Counted from the first letter of the stretch, positions 8,610 through 18,215 are shown. The stretch is 64,000 nt of DNA from an uncultured Alcaligenaceae bacterium (GCA_964597065.1 CAZQXG010000005.1:6700-70699), one strand, 5' to 3'. Notes: generated by a model not told the origin, from the letters alone. Numbers and translations: made by a program.

Positions 8610-9830
8610 TCAATAGGCCGCTTCCAGAATCGCTTGCAAATCATCCGGCGTCACTGGTCGGGGGTTGACTCGCAGGATCCTCTTAATGGAGAAGGCTTTT
8701 TCGGCAAAGGGGCGGAGCTGGTCCGGGCGAACGCCCAGGTCGCGGAGCCGCTGGGGTATGCCGATGTCGATGCGGAGCTTTTCGACGGCGGCAATGGCCC
8801 GTTGGGCGGCTTGTTCCTCGGTCAGGCCGGTGAGGTTCTCACCCAGGAGCCGGGCGATGGCGGCGAACTCGCGGATGCGGGCTAGCAAGTTGAAGCACAT
8901 GACGTAGGGCAGCAGCAAGCCGTTGCCGGCGCCGTGGGAGCAGTGGGTCGCCCCGCCGACGGGATACTCCAAAGCGTGCACAACGGCGACGCCGACGTTG
9001 GAAAAGGCCAGGCCGGCCAGGGTGGCGCCCAGCGACATGGCATCGCGGGCTTCCAGGTCTTGGCCATTGGACACGGCTCGCCGCAAGTTGGCCCCAATCA
9101 AGGAGATGGCCTTTTCGGCCATGATGTCGCCGAGGGGATGCCGGCCCTGGTAGACGCTGCGCTCGCCGGGGGGCAAGGGGAAGTCGGCATTGTCGACGGC
9201 CGTGTAGGCTTCGATGGCGTGGGTCAGGGCGTCGATGCCACTGTCAGCGGTCACCTTGGCCGGGCAGGACACCGTCATCAGCGGGTCCACCAGGGCCATC
9301 CTCGGCCGAAGGTAATTGCTGAGTACGCCCACCTTGATCTGGTTTTCCGTATCGGTGAGCACGGTGGCGGCCGATACCTCAGAGCCGGTGCCGGCCGTCG
9401 TGGGCACGCAGATCAAGGGGGCGATAGGCCCCGGAATCTTGTCGTCGCCGACATAAGCGCGGGGCTGGCCGCCGTGGGCCAGAATGGCGGCGGTGATCTT
9501 GGCCAGGTCCATGTTGCTGCCGCCGCCCAGGCCGACGATCACATCCGGCCGAAACTGCTTGGCCAAGGCGATGGACTTCTCGGCCGCCCCCATGGACGGC
9601 TCCGGCTCCCCGTCGCCGAAAACCTCGACCGTCAGGCCGGCTTTTCCCAGGGGCTGACGGACTTTCTCCAGCAACCCCGCCTGGATCAGCACCGGATCGG
9701 TTACCACCAGGGCTCGCCCGGCCCTGGGTTGGCCAGCTCCGAGCCGGCCGGCGACTTCACCCAGCTGAAGCACCGCATCCCGGCCAAACAACAATTGACC
9801 GGCCGAGTTGAAGGTCCAGGTTGTTCTCAT
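8610..9830 (-). CDS. iron-containing alcohol dehydrogenase
   Basis: MRTTWTFNSAGQLLFG...GGGSNMDLAKI...VPTTAGTGSE...H residues, the typical Fe-ADH family pattern. ATG at 9830 preferred; 9884 is the alternative. Confidence 0.9.
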   Translation of the reverse strand: MRTTWTFNSAGQLLFGRDAVLQLGEVAGRLGAGQPRAGRALVVTDPVLIQAGLLEKVRQPLGKAGLTVEVFGDGEPEPSMGAAEKSIALAKQFRPDVIVGLGGGSNMDLAKITAAILAHGGQPRAYVGDDKIPGPIAPLICVPTTAGTGSEVSAATVLTDTENQIKVGVLSNYLRPRMALVDPLMTVSCPAKVTADSGIDALTHAIEAYTAVDNADFPLPPGERSVYQGRHPLGDIMAEKAISLIGANLRRAVSNGQDLEARDAMSLGATLAGLAFSNVGVAVVHALEYPVGGATHCSHGAGNGLLLPYVMCFNLLARIREFAAIARLLGENLTGLTEEQAAQRAIAAVEKLRIDIGIPQRLRDLGVRPDQLRPFAEKAFSIKRILRVNPRPVTPDDLQAILEAAY

Positions 9831-9966
9831 TGTCGTTGGTCCTTTGTCGGTTGTGTCCCTGTTCCATTCAAGTAAAATACTCAATTATCAGGAGGGGGCC
9901 ACGCCAGCGCACACTAACCCGAAGCGCAAGCGAGGGCACCGGCACCGGCCAACGGACAAGTGACCA

Positions 9967-10503
9967 ATGACCAAGGACAAGATCCGCATCGGCATCGTGA
10001 CCATCTCCGACCGGGCCAGCCAGGGGGTCTACCAGGACTTGGGCGGGCCTGCCATCAAGGACTGCCTCGCGGAGATACTTTCTTGCACGTGGGAAGCGGT
10101 GCCCCGGCTCATTCCCGACGAGCGGCCGCAAATCGAGGCCACACTCATCGACTTGTGCGATCGGCAAGGCTGCTGCCTGGTGGTGACGACGGGGGGGACC
10201 GGGCCGGCATTGCGCGACGTGACTCCCGAGGCCACCGAGGCAGTATGCGACAAGCTGCTCGACGGCTTCGGCGAACTGATGCGGGCCGTATCCCTCAAGG
10301 TGGTGCCGACCGCCATCCTGTCGCGCCAGCTTGCCGGCATTCGCGGAAAATCGCTGATCGTCAACCTGCCGGGCAAGCCCAGCGCCATCCGCGACTGCCT
10401 GCTGGCCGTGTTCCCAGCCATTCCCTACTGCATCGATTTGATTGAAGGGCCGTATCTGACGACCAACGAGGGATTAGTGAAGGCATTTCGGCCGAAGAAG
10501 TGA
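9967..10503 (+). CDS. mog: molybdopterin adenylyltransferase MogA
   Basis: 178 aa. IRIGIVTISDRAS...LVVTTGGTGPALRDVTPEAT...LPGKPSA is the MogA/MoaB signature. Confidence 0.9.
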   Translation: MTKDKIRIGIVTISDRASQGVYQDLGGPAIKDCLAEILSCTWEAVPRLIPDERPQIEATLIDLCDRQGCCLVVTTGGTGPALRDVTPEATEAVCDKLLDGFGELMRAVSLKVVPTAILSRQLAGIRGKSLIVNLPGKPSAIRDCLLAVFPAIPYCIDLIEGPYLTTNEGLVKAFRPKK

Positions 10504-10591
10504 TTGCGTCTGCTCGGACTTGATTGATGCGCGCGGATCAGGTAGAAAACTCTGTATCCGGACATTCGGTGTACCCATCCACGAGGGGCGT

Positions 10592-10975
10592 ATGGCTGTT
10601 GGTTTGGAAAAAACTGAGCAAATTCGGTTAGCTCAATTGGAAGAACAGGTCAAAAAGCTTCAAGAATATCTCGACCGGGAACCGGCGATTGTGGTTCCGA
10701 TAATGACGTTTGCCCCTGAGCCGTTTGAGTTGACAAAGGAGATCGACGTCGTCGTCCAGCCCCAAGACGACGGTTACCTTGCCAGTTTTTTTGATGCAAA
10801 CATCAACGCTTTTGGTGAAACACAACAGGACGCCGTGGCCAATCTCAAGGACGTGATGCTCATTCTGTTCGAGGAGTTGGCGAGCACACCGCCAGAACAA
10901 CTAGGGCCAGAGCCATCCCGACAGCTGGCCATACTTGGAGCATTCATCAAGCAGGCGGAGCCGTGCCCAAAATAA
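10592..10975 (+). CDS. HicB-like antitoxin-fold protein
   Basis: ATG at 10592 after GAGGGG. DDGYLASFFDANINAFGETQQDAVANLKDVM resembles the HicB/UPF0150 N-domain. Confidence 0.55.
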   Translation: MAVGLEKTEQIRLAQLEEQVKKLQEYLDREPAIVVPIMTFAPEPFELTKEIDVVVQPQDDGYLASFFDANINAFGETQQDAVANLKDVMLILFEELASTPPEQLGPEPSRQLAILGAFIKQAEPCPK

Positions 10976-11346
10976 CCAAGCAACACGCCGAAAAGATCGC
11001 CAAGAAACTCGGCGCCCAGATCAAGACAAAGCGAAAAGCGCACGACCTTGCGCTGGTTTTTCACGTTGGGAAGATCGTTGCTTCATTCGGAATTCGCCGC
11101 GGCTCCGCAAAGGACTTGGGACACGGACACATTCCGTCGGATCTTCACCTGAGACCGCGCGAGACAGTCGACCTGGCAAACTGTCCAATGTCGAAAGACC
11201 AATGGCTCGAAAAACTCAGAGAGCAAGGCATTCTACCGGCTGACTCGACCGATCCGAATCAAACCAAGCCGCCGCCCGATGAAGGGCCACCACCAACCGA
11301 GCCGCCGCCAGCGTCCCAAGAAACACCGCCCGAAAAGCCGCTCTAA
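10963..11346 (+). CDS. small basic protein with Pro-rich tail, probable partner of the HicB-like gene
   Basis: Overlaps the upstream gene by 13 nt. KIAKKLGAQIKTKRKAHDLALVFHVGKIVASFGIRRGS...GHGHIP resembles a small family seen beside HicB-like genes (from memory). Confidence 0.5.
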   Translation: MPKITKQHAEKIAKKLGAQIKTKRKAHDLALVFHVGKIVASFGIRRGSAKDLGHGHIPSDLHLRPRETVDLANCPMSKDQWLEKLREQGILPADSTDPNQTKPPPDEGPPPTEPPPASQETPPEKPL

Positions 11347-11353
11347 CTCACCT

Positions 11354-11836
11354 ATGGTGGACAAAATCATCTCCGGCGGCCAGACCGGGGTGGACCGGGC
11401 CGCCCTGGATGTAGCCCTGGAGTTCAAAATCCCATGCGGCGGCTGGTGTCCGCGCGGCCGGCTGGCGGAAGATGGCGTCATACCGGCTCACTATCCCTTG
11501 CAGGAATCCGAGTCGAGCAAGTACCCGGTGCGAACGGAGTTGAATGTCCGCGATTCGGATGGGACGCTGATCCTGACGCGGGGCGAGCCGGACCGCGGCA
11601 CTGCGCTGACACGCCATCTGGCGCGGCGATACAAGAAGCCGCTCCTGGTAATTGATTTGCTGGATTTTCCCGAGCCGGCCAATATCCGCCAATGGATCAA
11701 GGAGCAGGAGATTGGCACGCTCAATGTGGCGGGTCCGCGCGCCAGTTCCTGCCCGGGAATTCATGTGCAGGCCCGAAAACTTTTGCGGCAAGTTCTTCGT
11801 TCGGACAAAAAACAGAGCCGGATGACGAAACGCTGA
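11354..11836 (+). CDS. YpsA/putative molybdenum-carrier (SLOG superfamily) protein
   Basis: MVDKIISGGQTGVDRAALDVALEFKIPCGGWCPRGR...LNVAGPR is diagnostic of the PF12694-type SLOG family. Starts 8 nt after the preceding gene. Confidence 0.8.
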   Translation: MVDKIISGGQTGVDRAALDVALEFKIPCGGWCPRGRLAEDGVIPAHYPLQESESSKYPVRTELNVRDSDGTLILTRGEPDRGTALTRHLARRYKKPLLVIDLLDFPEPANIRQWIKEQEIGTLNVAGPRASSCPGIHVQARKLLRQVLRSDKKQSRMTKR

Positions 11837-11902
11837 TCCGCCTATGCCTGGGGACAGATCCGGAAAGTTAATGCATTAATTGAAGTTTACTCGCCGCGAC
11901 GA

Positions 11903-12265
11903 TCACCGCCAATGATTTACAACGATGTATTGGTCGGCTACCGGCACAGCAGCGGCAATCAGTTTTGCGATCGCTCGAACGATGTGGGGTGGTTTCATGT
12001 CGCGCGTGGGATCGTTGTCCTGCCGGATAATGAGAATTCCAGGATGGTGGCCCTTTCCCTCCAACAGAAGCTCATGCAGGAATTTGAAGTCGTCGTAATT
12101 GTGGGAAAGGAACGTGCGGTCCTCCCGAACGGCGTGGCGCAGATGGACCGGGTCTTCGGCACCGGCGATTCCGAGGTCGGCCGGCAACAGAACGTCGTGT
12201 CCTGCCCTCCGTAACAACTGAACCAGGAGAGGGATGATGCTATCGTCGTCCAGGTACAGTCTCAT
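11903..12265 (-). CDS. DUF5615-family PIN-like toxin
   Basis: 120 aa. MRLYLDDDSI...LSHNYDDFKFLH...GILIIRQDND is the DUF5615 pattern. 4-nt overlap with the DUF433 gene. Confidence 0.75.
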   Translation of the reverse strand: MRLYLDDDSIIPLLVQLLRRAGHDVLLPADLGIAGAEDPVHLRHAVREDRTFLSHNYDDFKFLHELLLEGKGHHPGILIIRQDNDPTRDMKPPHIVRAIAKLIAAAVPVADQYIVVNHWR

Positions 12266-12633
12266 TGAAGAAAAATCCTGGCGTAGTCTGCCGGCGTGAG
12301 CGACTTCGGGGACGGATGGTACTTGTAATCAGGATCGTTCATGCCCGAGGCCTCCATGATAGCCTCTTCCCTTAACCAGTCTTCGCGAATCTCCGGCGGG
12401 TTCGTTTCGCAATAGGCGATAGCCTCCCGCACTGCCTCGATGGGCAGATTGAAGCCCGCGGCAATTTCTTCCAGCGTTTGGCCAGGCCAGTCCTCGCCAG
12501 GCGTGTAATAACCGTACAAGACGCGGGCAGCGATGCGTGTTCCCTTGACAAACAATTGGCGATAATGGGATCCCGGTTTTTGGGCCAGGTATTTCCAGCG
12601 AGTAAGCTGTGTGTTGTCCATGTCATGAACCAT
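12262..12633 (-). CDS. DUF433-family antitoxin
   Basis: The C-terminal about 120 aa (FVKGTRIAARVLYGYY...TLEEIAAGFNLPIEAVREAIAY) are DUF433-like. Start at 12633 or 12621. The upstream part of the ORF is not conserved-looking. Confidence 0.7.
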   Translation of the reverse strand: MVHDMDNTQLTRWKYLAQKPGSHYRQLFVKGTRIAARVLYGYYTPGEDWPGQTLEEIAAGFNLPIEAVREAIAYCETNPPEIREDWLREEAIMEASGMNDPDYKYHPSPKSLTPADYARIFLQ

Positions 12634-12751
12634 ACTTGGTTGCGCTGACTGCTGCAACGTCAATTTCATGCAACCTTGGCGCTGCCATGATCCTCCAGTA
12701 GGCTGAGATAATCTACAGGCGCCCCCTTTTACTTGAAGATAGGTCAATCCC

Positions 12752-15700
12752 ATGCATTTGATCTTGCGGACGCAAAGCACCCGGTTGTTCCTGGCCAGCC
12801 TGGCGTTGGTCGGCGTCTTCCTCTCTTGGTTGATCCTTTCGTCCGTCGTGGCTACCGGACAAGAGCCCAAATCGGCCCACCCCATCCGCCCCGGCGACCG
12901 CATCGGCATCATCGGCAACACCCTGGCCGATCGCCTGCAGCACGACGGCTGGCTGGAGACTTTTTTTTACACGCGCTTTCCCAAGCATGACCTGGTGTTT
13001 CGCAATCTCGGTTTTTCCGGCGATGAATTGACGCAGCGGCTGCGCTCGGCCAACTTCGGCAGCCCCGACGATTGGCTGCGCAGGACACAGGCGGATGTGG
13101 TGTTCGCTTTCTTCGGCTACAACGAGTCATTCGCGGGAGACGCCGGTCTGGACAAGTTCAAAAAGGACCTCAATTCGTTCGTCAAACACACGCTCTCCCA
13201 GAAGTATAACGACAAGGGCGGCGCCCGGCTGGTGCTGTTCTCTCCCATCGCCCACGAGAACTTGCACAGTGTCAACTTCTCCGATGGCGTCGACAGCAAT
13301 CGCCGGCTGGAGAAGTACACGGCCGCCATGGCCGAGGTTGCCCGCGCCAACAAGGTCTCGTTCGTCGACCTATTGCAGCCGACCAAGGAGCTTTACGCCA
13401 AGGCGAGTTCGCCATTGACCATCAATGGCATTCATCTCAACGAGCAGGGCAACGAGGAGCTGGCCAGGATGATCGACAAGGCCCTGTTCGCCAACGAGCC
13501 CGAGCCGAGGCGGGAAACGGAGCGCATGGAAAAGGTTCGGCAAGCGGTCCAGGACAAGAACTTCTACTGGTTCAACCGCTACCGGACGGTGGACGGCTTC
13601 AATGTCTACGGCGGGCGGGCCGATCTCCGCTATACCGACGGCATCAGCAATCGCGAGGTCATGCAGCGGGAGATGGAAGTCCTTGACGTGATAACTGCCA
13701 ACCGGGACAAGCGCATCTGGGCCGTTGCCAAGGGGGGCGAACTGAAAGTGGACGACGGCAACACGCCCCCCTTTATCCCGGTGAAGACCAACCTCATCGG
13801 TCCGTTGCCGGGCGGCAAGCACCTCTTCCTGGGCGGCGCGGAAGCCATCAAGAAGATGACCGTGGCCCAGGGCATGAAGATCAACCTGTTCGCCTCCGAG
13901 AAAGAGTTCCCGGAGCTGGCCAACCCGGTGCAGATGTCGTTCGACGCCAGGGGCCGGCTGTGGGTGGCTGTGTGGCCGACCTATCCGCACTGGAAGCCCA
14001 AGGAGCCGATGAACGACAAGCTCATCATCCTCGAGGACACCGACGGCGACGGCAAGGCGGACAAGCTGACCGTCTTCGCGGACAACCTGCACTGCCCGAC
14101 CGGCTTCGAATTCTACAAGGACGGCGTGCTGGTCACCCAGGCACCGGACCTTATTTTCATGAAGGACACGGACGGCGACGGCAAGGCCGATGTCCGCGTG
14201 CGGGTATTGAACGGGCTGGACTCGGCCGATACGCACCACACGTCCAACAGCTTTGTGTTCGATCCGGGCGGGGCCCTGTACTTCCAGGAAGGCATCTTTC
14301 ACCGCACCCAGGTGGAGACGCCGTACACACCGACGCGGCGCCTCGCCGATGCCGGCGTCTTCCGCTTCGAGCCGCGCACCTCCAAGTTCGACGTCTACGT
14401 GGACTTCGGCTTCGCCAACCCGCACGGACACGTGTTCGATCGCTGGGGCCAGGACTTCGTCGTGGACGGCACCGGCGCCAACCCGTTTCACGCGGCGCTG
14501 TTCTCCGGGCAGACCGATTTCGGCGGGCAGCGCCATGGCCGGCCTCCCCAGCTCTACAACCAGAAGACTCGCCCCTGCCCCGGCCTGGAAATCCTCTCCA
14601 GCCGGCATTTTCCCGAGGCCAATCAGGGCAACCTGCTGGTGGCCAACGTCATCGGCTTCCGCGGCATACTGCAATACAACTTCGAGGACAAGGGCGCCAG
14701 CTTCGCCGGCAAGGAAGTCGAGCCGATCGTCTCGTCCACCGACCCGAACTTCCGGCCGTCGGACATCCGCGTCGGCCCGGACGGCGCCATCTACTTCATC
14801 GACTGGCACAACCCGATCATCGGCCACATGCAGCACCACCTCCGTGATCCCAACCGCGGCCACGAACACGGCCGCATTTACCGCGTGACCTGCCAAGGCC
14901 GGCCGCTCTTGAAGCCGGCCAAGGTCGCCGGCCAACCCATCGACAAGCTGCTCGACTTGCTCAAGGAGCCCGAGGACCGTGTCCGCTATCGGGCCCGCAT
15001 CGAGTTGGGCGGGCGAAAGACCGACCCGGTCCTGGCCGCCTTGCAAAAGTGGGTCAACCGGCTGGACGCCAAGGACCCGGAGCTCGAGCATCACATGCTG
15101 GAAGCGCTGTGGCTGCATCAAAACCACAACGTGGTCAACCAGGATCTCTTGCAGCGGATGCTGCGCTCGCCGGATTTCCGGGCAAGAGCGGCGGCTACCC
15201 GCGTGCTCTGCTACTGGCGCGACCGCGTCCAGAAGCCGCTCCAATTGTTGCGAGCCCAGATTAACGATGCCCAGCCACGCGTCCGGCTGGAGGCGATCCG
15301 GGCGTTAAGCTTTTTCAACACCGAACCGGCCATTGCCGTGGCGCTCGAGCTTCTCGCTTATCCGGATGATGAGTACCTGCGTTTCACCTTCAACGAGACG
15401 CTCAATACTCTTGAACGCCGGGTTGGCTCCGGGACGCGAGTCGACCGGAAGAACATCGCGGTCAGCTTGTTGAACATGCTGGAGAAAGGCAAGGTGGCTC
15501 CCGAGCGGCAAGCGGTGCTGATCGAAACCATATGCCGGCACGGCAGCGACAAGGAGTTGACAGTTATCTGGGCAAAGGCCCTGAGAAAAGGCTATCCGGC
15601 CGGGCTGCGCAAGCGGGTCGTGGAATGGCTGGCGGAGGCGGCCAGCAGCCGGCGGGCCCAGCCTTCCATTGAGCCCGGAAAACTTCAGAAGTTCCTGGCG

Positions 15701-17140
15701 GAGTCGGCGGACGATTCGGCCTTGTTGCCGGAGGTCATTCGCCTCGCCGCGACCTGGAAAGTCAAAGAATGTGGCGACGACCTGAGGAAAATCGCCCGCG
15801 GAAAAGGCTCGGCCCATCGGGAAGCTCGTTTTGCCGCCATCGACGGCCTGGCGGTGCTGCACGACGCGGAAAACCAACAGGCGTTGCGGCAGTTAACGAC
15901 GTCGTCCAACCCAATGCCGATCCGCTACCGAGCGGCATCGGCCCTGGCCCAGAGCGACCTGGACGCCGGAGCGCAGGCGGCGGCCGTCGACCTGGCTTCC
16001 TCGACCGACAAGGACGACCCCAGCCCGCTGGTGGAAGCGTTCCTGAACCGCAAGCACGGGCCGGACAAGCTGGCAGCCGCTCTGGAGAAGGAAAAAGTCT
16101 CGGCCGACACCGCCAAGCGCATCTTGCGGGCCATGTTCCTGGCCGGACGGAATGATGCTTCGCTGGCCACGGTGGTGAGCAAAATCGCCGGGCTGGACGC
16201 CTCGCCCAAGCCGCCCACTCCCGACGAGGTGCGCAAGATCGGCGCCCTGGTCCTGGCTAAAGGCAACGCCGATCGCGGCGAGCGCGTCTTCCGCCGGGCT
16301 GATCTCGGCTGCATCAAGTGTCATGCCATCAACAAGGCCGGCGGACGCATCGGCCCCGACCTCGGTCCCATCGGCGGCTCCTCACCCGTCGATTACATCG
16401 TCACGTCCATCCTCGATCCCAACCAGGCCATCAAGGAGGAGTACCTCACCAAGGCCATTGTCACCACAACCGGCTTGACCCTCACCGGCATCGTCGTGGA
16501 ACGCACCAAGAACCAGGTCGTGCTCAAGGACGCCAACGGCAAGCTCTTCAAGGTCCCGACAGCCCAGATCGAAGAAGAGGCCGCGGGCAAGTCGCTTATG
16601 CCGGATGGCGTCACTCGGCTGCTTACCGACGACGAGATGCTCGACCTGGTCCGCTTTGTGTCCGAGCTGGGCAAGCCCGGCCCATTCAGCCCGCGCGCCG
16701 TGCCCACCATCCAGAGCTGGCGACGGCTGCGCGAGGTCCCGGCCTCTCTCCTGGAGGGAGTCCCCAACCGCGACCTGGTCCGCGACCACCTGCTCCGCGA
16801 CGACCCGGGGGCTTGGGAGCCGGCCTATTCCCTCGTCAACGGCGATCTGCCGCTGCAGGAACTGCCCAGAGCTTCCAAGGCGGTCTATCTCCAGGGAGAG
16901 GTGAACGTGGCCGTCGCCGGCCCGGTCGAAGTCCGCCTCGATTCATCCGAGTCCACCACGTTCTGGGTCGACGAGGAAGCCTTCGAGAAACAGGACCGGG
17001 CGACGGTGCAACTGACGCCGGGGCGTCACCGCGTCACGGTGCGGTTGGAGATCGGCAGCGCGGCCGCGCCGCGCTTGCGCGTCGAGCTGCGCAAGCCAGC
17101 CGACGCCCGGACGGTGTTCCAGGTGGTGCAGGGGGAATAG
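12752..17140 (+). CDS. PVC-type heme-binding protein (SGNH hydrolase + membrane-bound dehydrogenase domain + HEAT repeats + cytochrome c)
   Basis: 1462 aa with a signal peptide, a GDSL-like N-terminus (IGIIGNTLADR, GFSGDE), a beta-propeller-like dehydrogenase block, HEAT-like repeats and CIKCHAINKAGGRIGPDLG heme c motif. Confidence 0.92.
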   Translation: MHLILRTQSTRLFLASLALVGVFLSWLILSSVVATGQEPKSAHPIRPGDRIGIIGNTLADRLQHDGWLETFFYTRFPKHDLVFRNLGFSGDELTQRLRSANFGSPDDWLRRTQADVVFAFFGYNESFAGDAGLDKFKKDLNSFVKHTLSQKYNDKGGARLVLFSPIAHENLHSVNFSDGVDSNRRLEKYTAAMAEVARANKVSFVDLLQPTKELYAKASSPLTINGIHLNEQGNEELARMIDKALFANEPEPRRETERMEKVRQAVQDKNFYWFNRYRTVDGFNVYGGRADLRYTDGISNREVMQREMEVLDVITANRDKRIWAVAKGGELKVDDGNTPPFIPVKTNLIGPLPGGKHLFLGGAEAIKKMTVAQGMKINLFASEKEFPELANPVQMSFDARGRLWVAVWPTYPHWKPKEPMNDKLIILEDTDGDGKADKLTVFADNLHCPTGFEFYKDGVLVTQAPDLIFMKDTDGDGKADVRVRVLNGLDSADTHHTSNSFVFDPGGALYFQEGIFHRTQVETPYTPTRRLADAGVFRFEPRTSKFDVYVDFGFANPHGHVFDRWGQDFVVDGTGANPFHAALFSGQTDFGGQRHGRPPQLYNQKTRPCPGLEILSSRHFPEANQGNLLVANVIGFRGILQYNFEDKGASFAGKEVEPIVSSTDPNFRPSDIRVGPDGAIYFIDWHNPIIGHMQHHLRDPNRGHEHGRIYRVTCQGRPLLKPAKVAGQPIDKLLDLLKEPEDRVRYRARIELGGRKTDPVLAALQKWVNRLDAKDPELEHHMLEALWLHQNHNVVNQDLLQRMLRSPDFRARAAATRVLCYWRDRVQKPLQLLRAQINDAQPRVRLEAIRALSFFNTEPAIAVALELLAYPDDEYLRFTFNETLNTLERRVGSGTRVDRKNIAVSLLNMLEKGKVAPERQAVLIETICRHGSDKELTVIWAKALRKGYPAGLRKRVVEWLAEAASSRRAQPSIEPGKLQKFLAESADDSALLPEVIRLAATWKVKECGDDLRKIARGKGSAHREARFAAIDGLAVLHDAENQQALRQLTTSSNPMPIRYRAASALAQSDLDAGAQAAAVDLASSTDKDDPSPLVEAFLNRKHGPDKLAAALEKEKVSADTAKRILRAMFLAGRNDASLATVVSKIAGLDASPKPPTPDEVRKIGALVLAKGNADRGERVFRRADLGCIKCHAINKAGGRIGPDLGPIGGSSPVDYIVTSILDPNQAIKEEYLTKAIVTTTGLTLTGIVVERTKNQVVLKDANGKLFKVPTAQIEEEAAGKSLMPDGVTRLLTDDEMLDLVRFVSELGKPGPFSPRAVPTIQSWRRLREVPASLLEGVPNRDLVRDHLLRDDPGAWEPAYSLVNGDLPLQELPRASKAVYLQGEVNVAVAGPVEVRLDSSESTTFWVDEEAFEKQDRATVQLTPGRHRVTVRLEIGSAAAPRLRVELRKPADARTVFQVVQGE

Positions 17141-17395
17141 ACGTTGATCTCATGAAAGAATGGCTTGCGGGCCAGCCGGGACATCGATACGCCGGCAAGG
17201 CGACGCAAGCCCAACTTTACCTTGCATTGCACGCAATTCCGCCGCAGTTTGTCGCGCCCCAACTGGCGGACGCCATCGCCAAGGGATTGGAGTCCACCGC
17301 CTTTCGTGGCGAAGCCGAGAATGCTCTTGCCGTCTGGCGGTGGCGGAAGCTCGCGATCCGAGGACAGGCAGAACACGGATGGCAATCTGTGCGTT

Positions 17396-17452
17396 GAGCT
17401 GCACCGACCGCCCGACTCCCGGACGGTCTTCCAAGTTGTGCAGGGGGAATGA
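17396..17452 (+). repeat. second copy of the last 19 codons of the 12752..17140 gene
   Basis: gagctgcaccgaccgcccgactcccggacggtcttccaagttgtgcagggggaatga versus 17084-17140, about 79% identical. Encodes ELHRPPDSRTVFQVVQGE* versus ELRKPADARTVFQVVQGE*. Confidence 0.8.
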
Positions 17453-17580
17453 GAAAGCTGTTCCTCCACGCTCAGGACCGCGATCGCCAGCTCTTTTTGT
17501 GGATGGTCCTTGGCGCGCTGGCAGATTCTGGGATGGCCGTCCTGGAACAGCGTCAGGGTATCCGTGTCGAGGATGTGCAG
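17453..17580 (-). pseudogene. 5' fragment of a vapC gene (copy of 56161-56288)
   Basis: 128 nt, about 93% identical to the N-terminal coding part of the vapC at 55.9-56.3 kb (LHILDTDTLTLFQDGHPRICQRAKDHPQKELAIAVLSVEEQLS). It has no start codon and no C-terminal half. Confidence 0.8.
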
Positions 17581-18215
17581 CCGGGGGCGACGATCCGAAG
17601 CCGTGCATCGCGCTGCTCAACATCAAGCCGAAGCAGCGCCAGAACCTCTTTCACACGCCTGTCGATATCCTCCTTGAACTCCTTGGCGGCGGATTGGATG
17701 GCATCGCCGCTGTTTTGAACCGTCTTCGCCTTGGTGACGGTCTCGGCCAAACGGGGCTGGCGGTTCGACTCGGCAAAGGCCGGCATCGCCCGGCAGGGAG
17801 CAGCAAGACAGGCGACGGGCCTTCGGCCCCGGCGGAAGCAAGGTCAAGCGAGACAAGAGTTTGGGTGGATTGCTAACACGAATAGGCTCCGCGATGTTAG
17901 TCAACGATCAACTCGCTGACGAACGGATTTGTTGTAACGCTCTGGAGCAAAGGCAGTTGTGACAATCCTCCATTTTTTTATGGCGCTTGACTAACACGAT
18001 CGAGACATACCTGTTATGTTTGTTATCCAATTTTCACCGCCGCAGGTTCGCCGGGTAGCCGCCAAACAACTTGCCCCTTGAGGAATGCGACAAATGTCAT
18101 TCAACTCGGAAAAACGAAAAACGGCTGCAAACCACGGCGGGCTAAGAGGTTGTGCATTCGAAAGTTGGATGACAAAATGTTGTTCAACTTTGGGGCGATA
18201 GCAGCGCAGTAGTCC

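Noticed and set aside
4907-8668. 1253-aa ORF on the plus strand opposite the kinase gene
   Set aside because: It is an antisense shadow ORF of a GC-rich gene, with low-complexity G/A/R/L-rich translation and no motifs. The minus-strand product has clear kinase, P-loop and FGE motifs.
13370-15244. 624-aa minus-strand ORF
   Set aside because: It is the shadow of the PVC heme-binding gene. The same reasoning applies to 42997..44895 (-), 47914..49518 (+), 30238..31527 (-), 39775..41013 (+), 57162..58277 (-), 16318..17397 (+) and similar ORFs.
17152-17397. 82-codon ORF between the two copies of the gene 3' end
   Set aside because: It begins with ATG and reads like protein, but it has no family match and ends out of frame with the duplicated terminus. 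It is treated as part of the rearrangement scar rather than a gene.
17553-17786. 77-aa minus-strand ORF (MPAFAESNRQPRLAETVTKAK...)
   Set aside because: The middle looks coiled-coil-like, but the 3' end reads through the vapC fragment junction, so the ORF as it stands is chimeric. The evidence is too weak to call.
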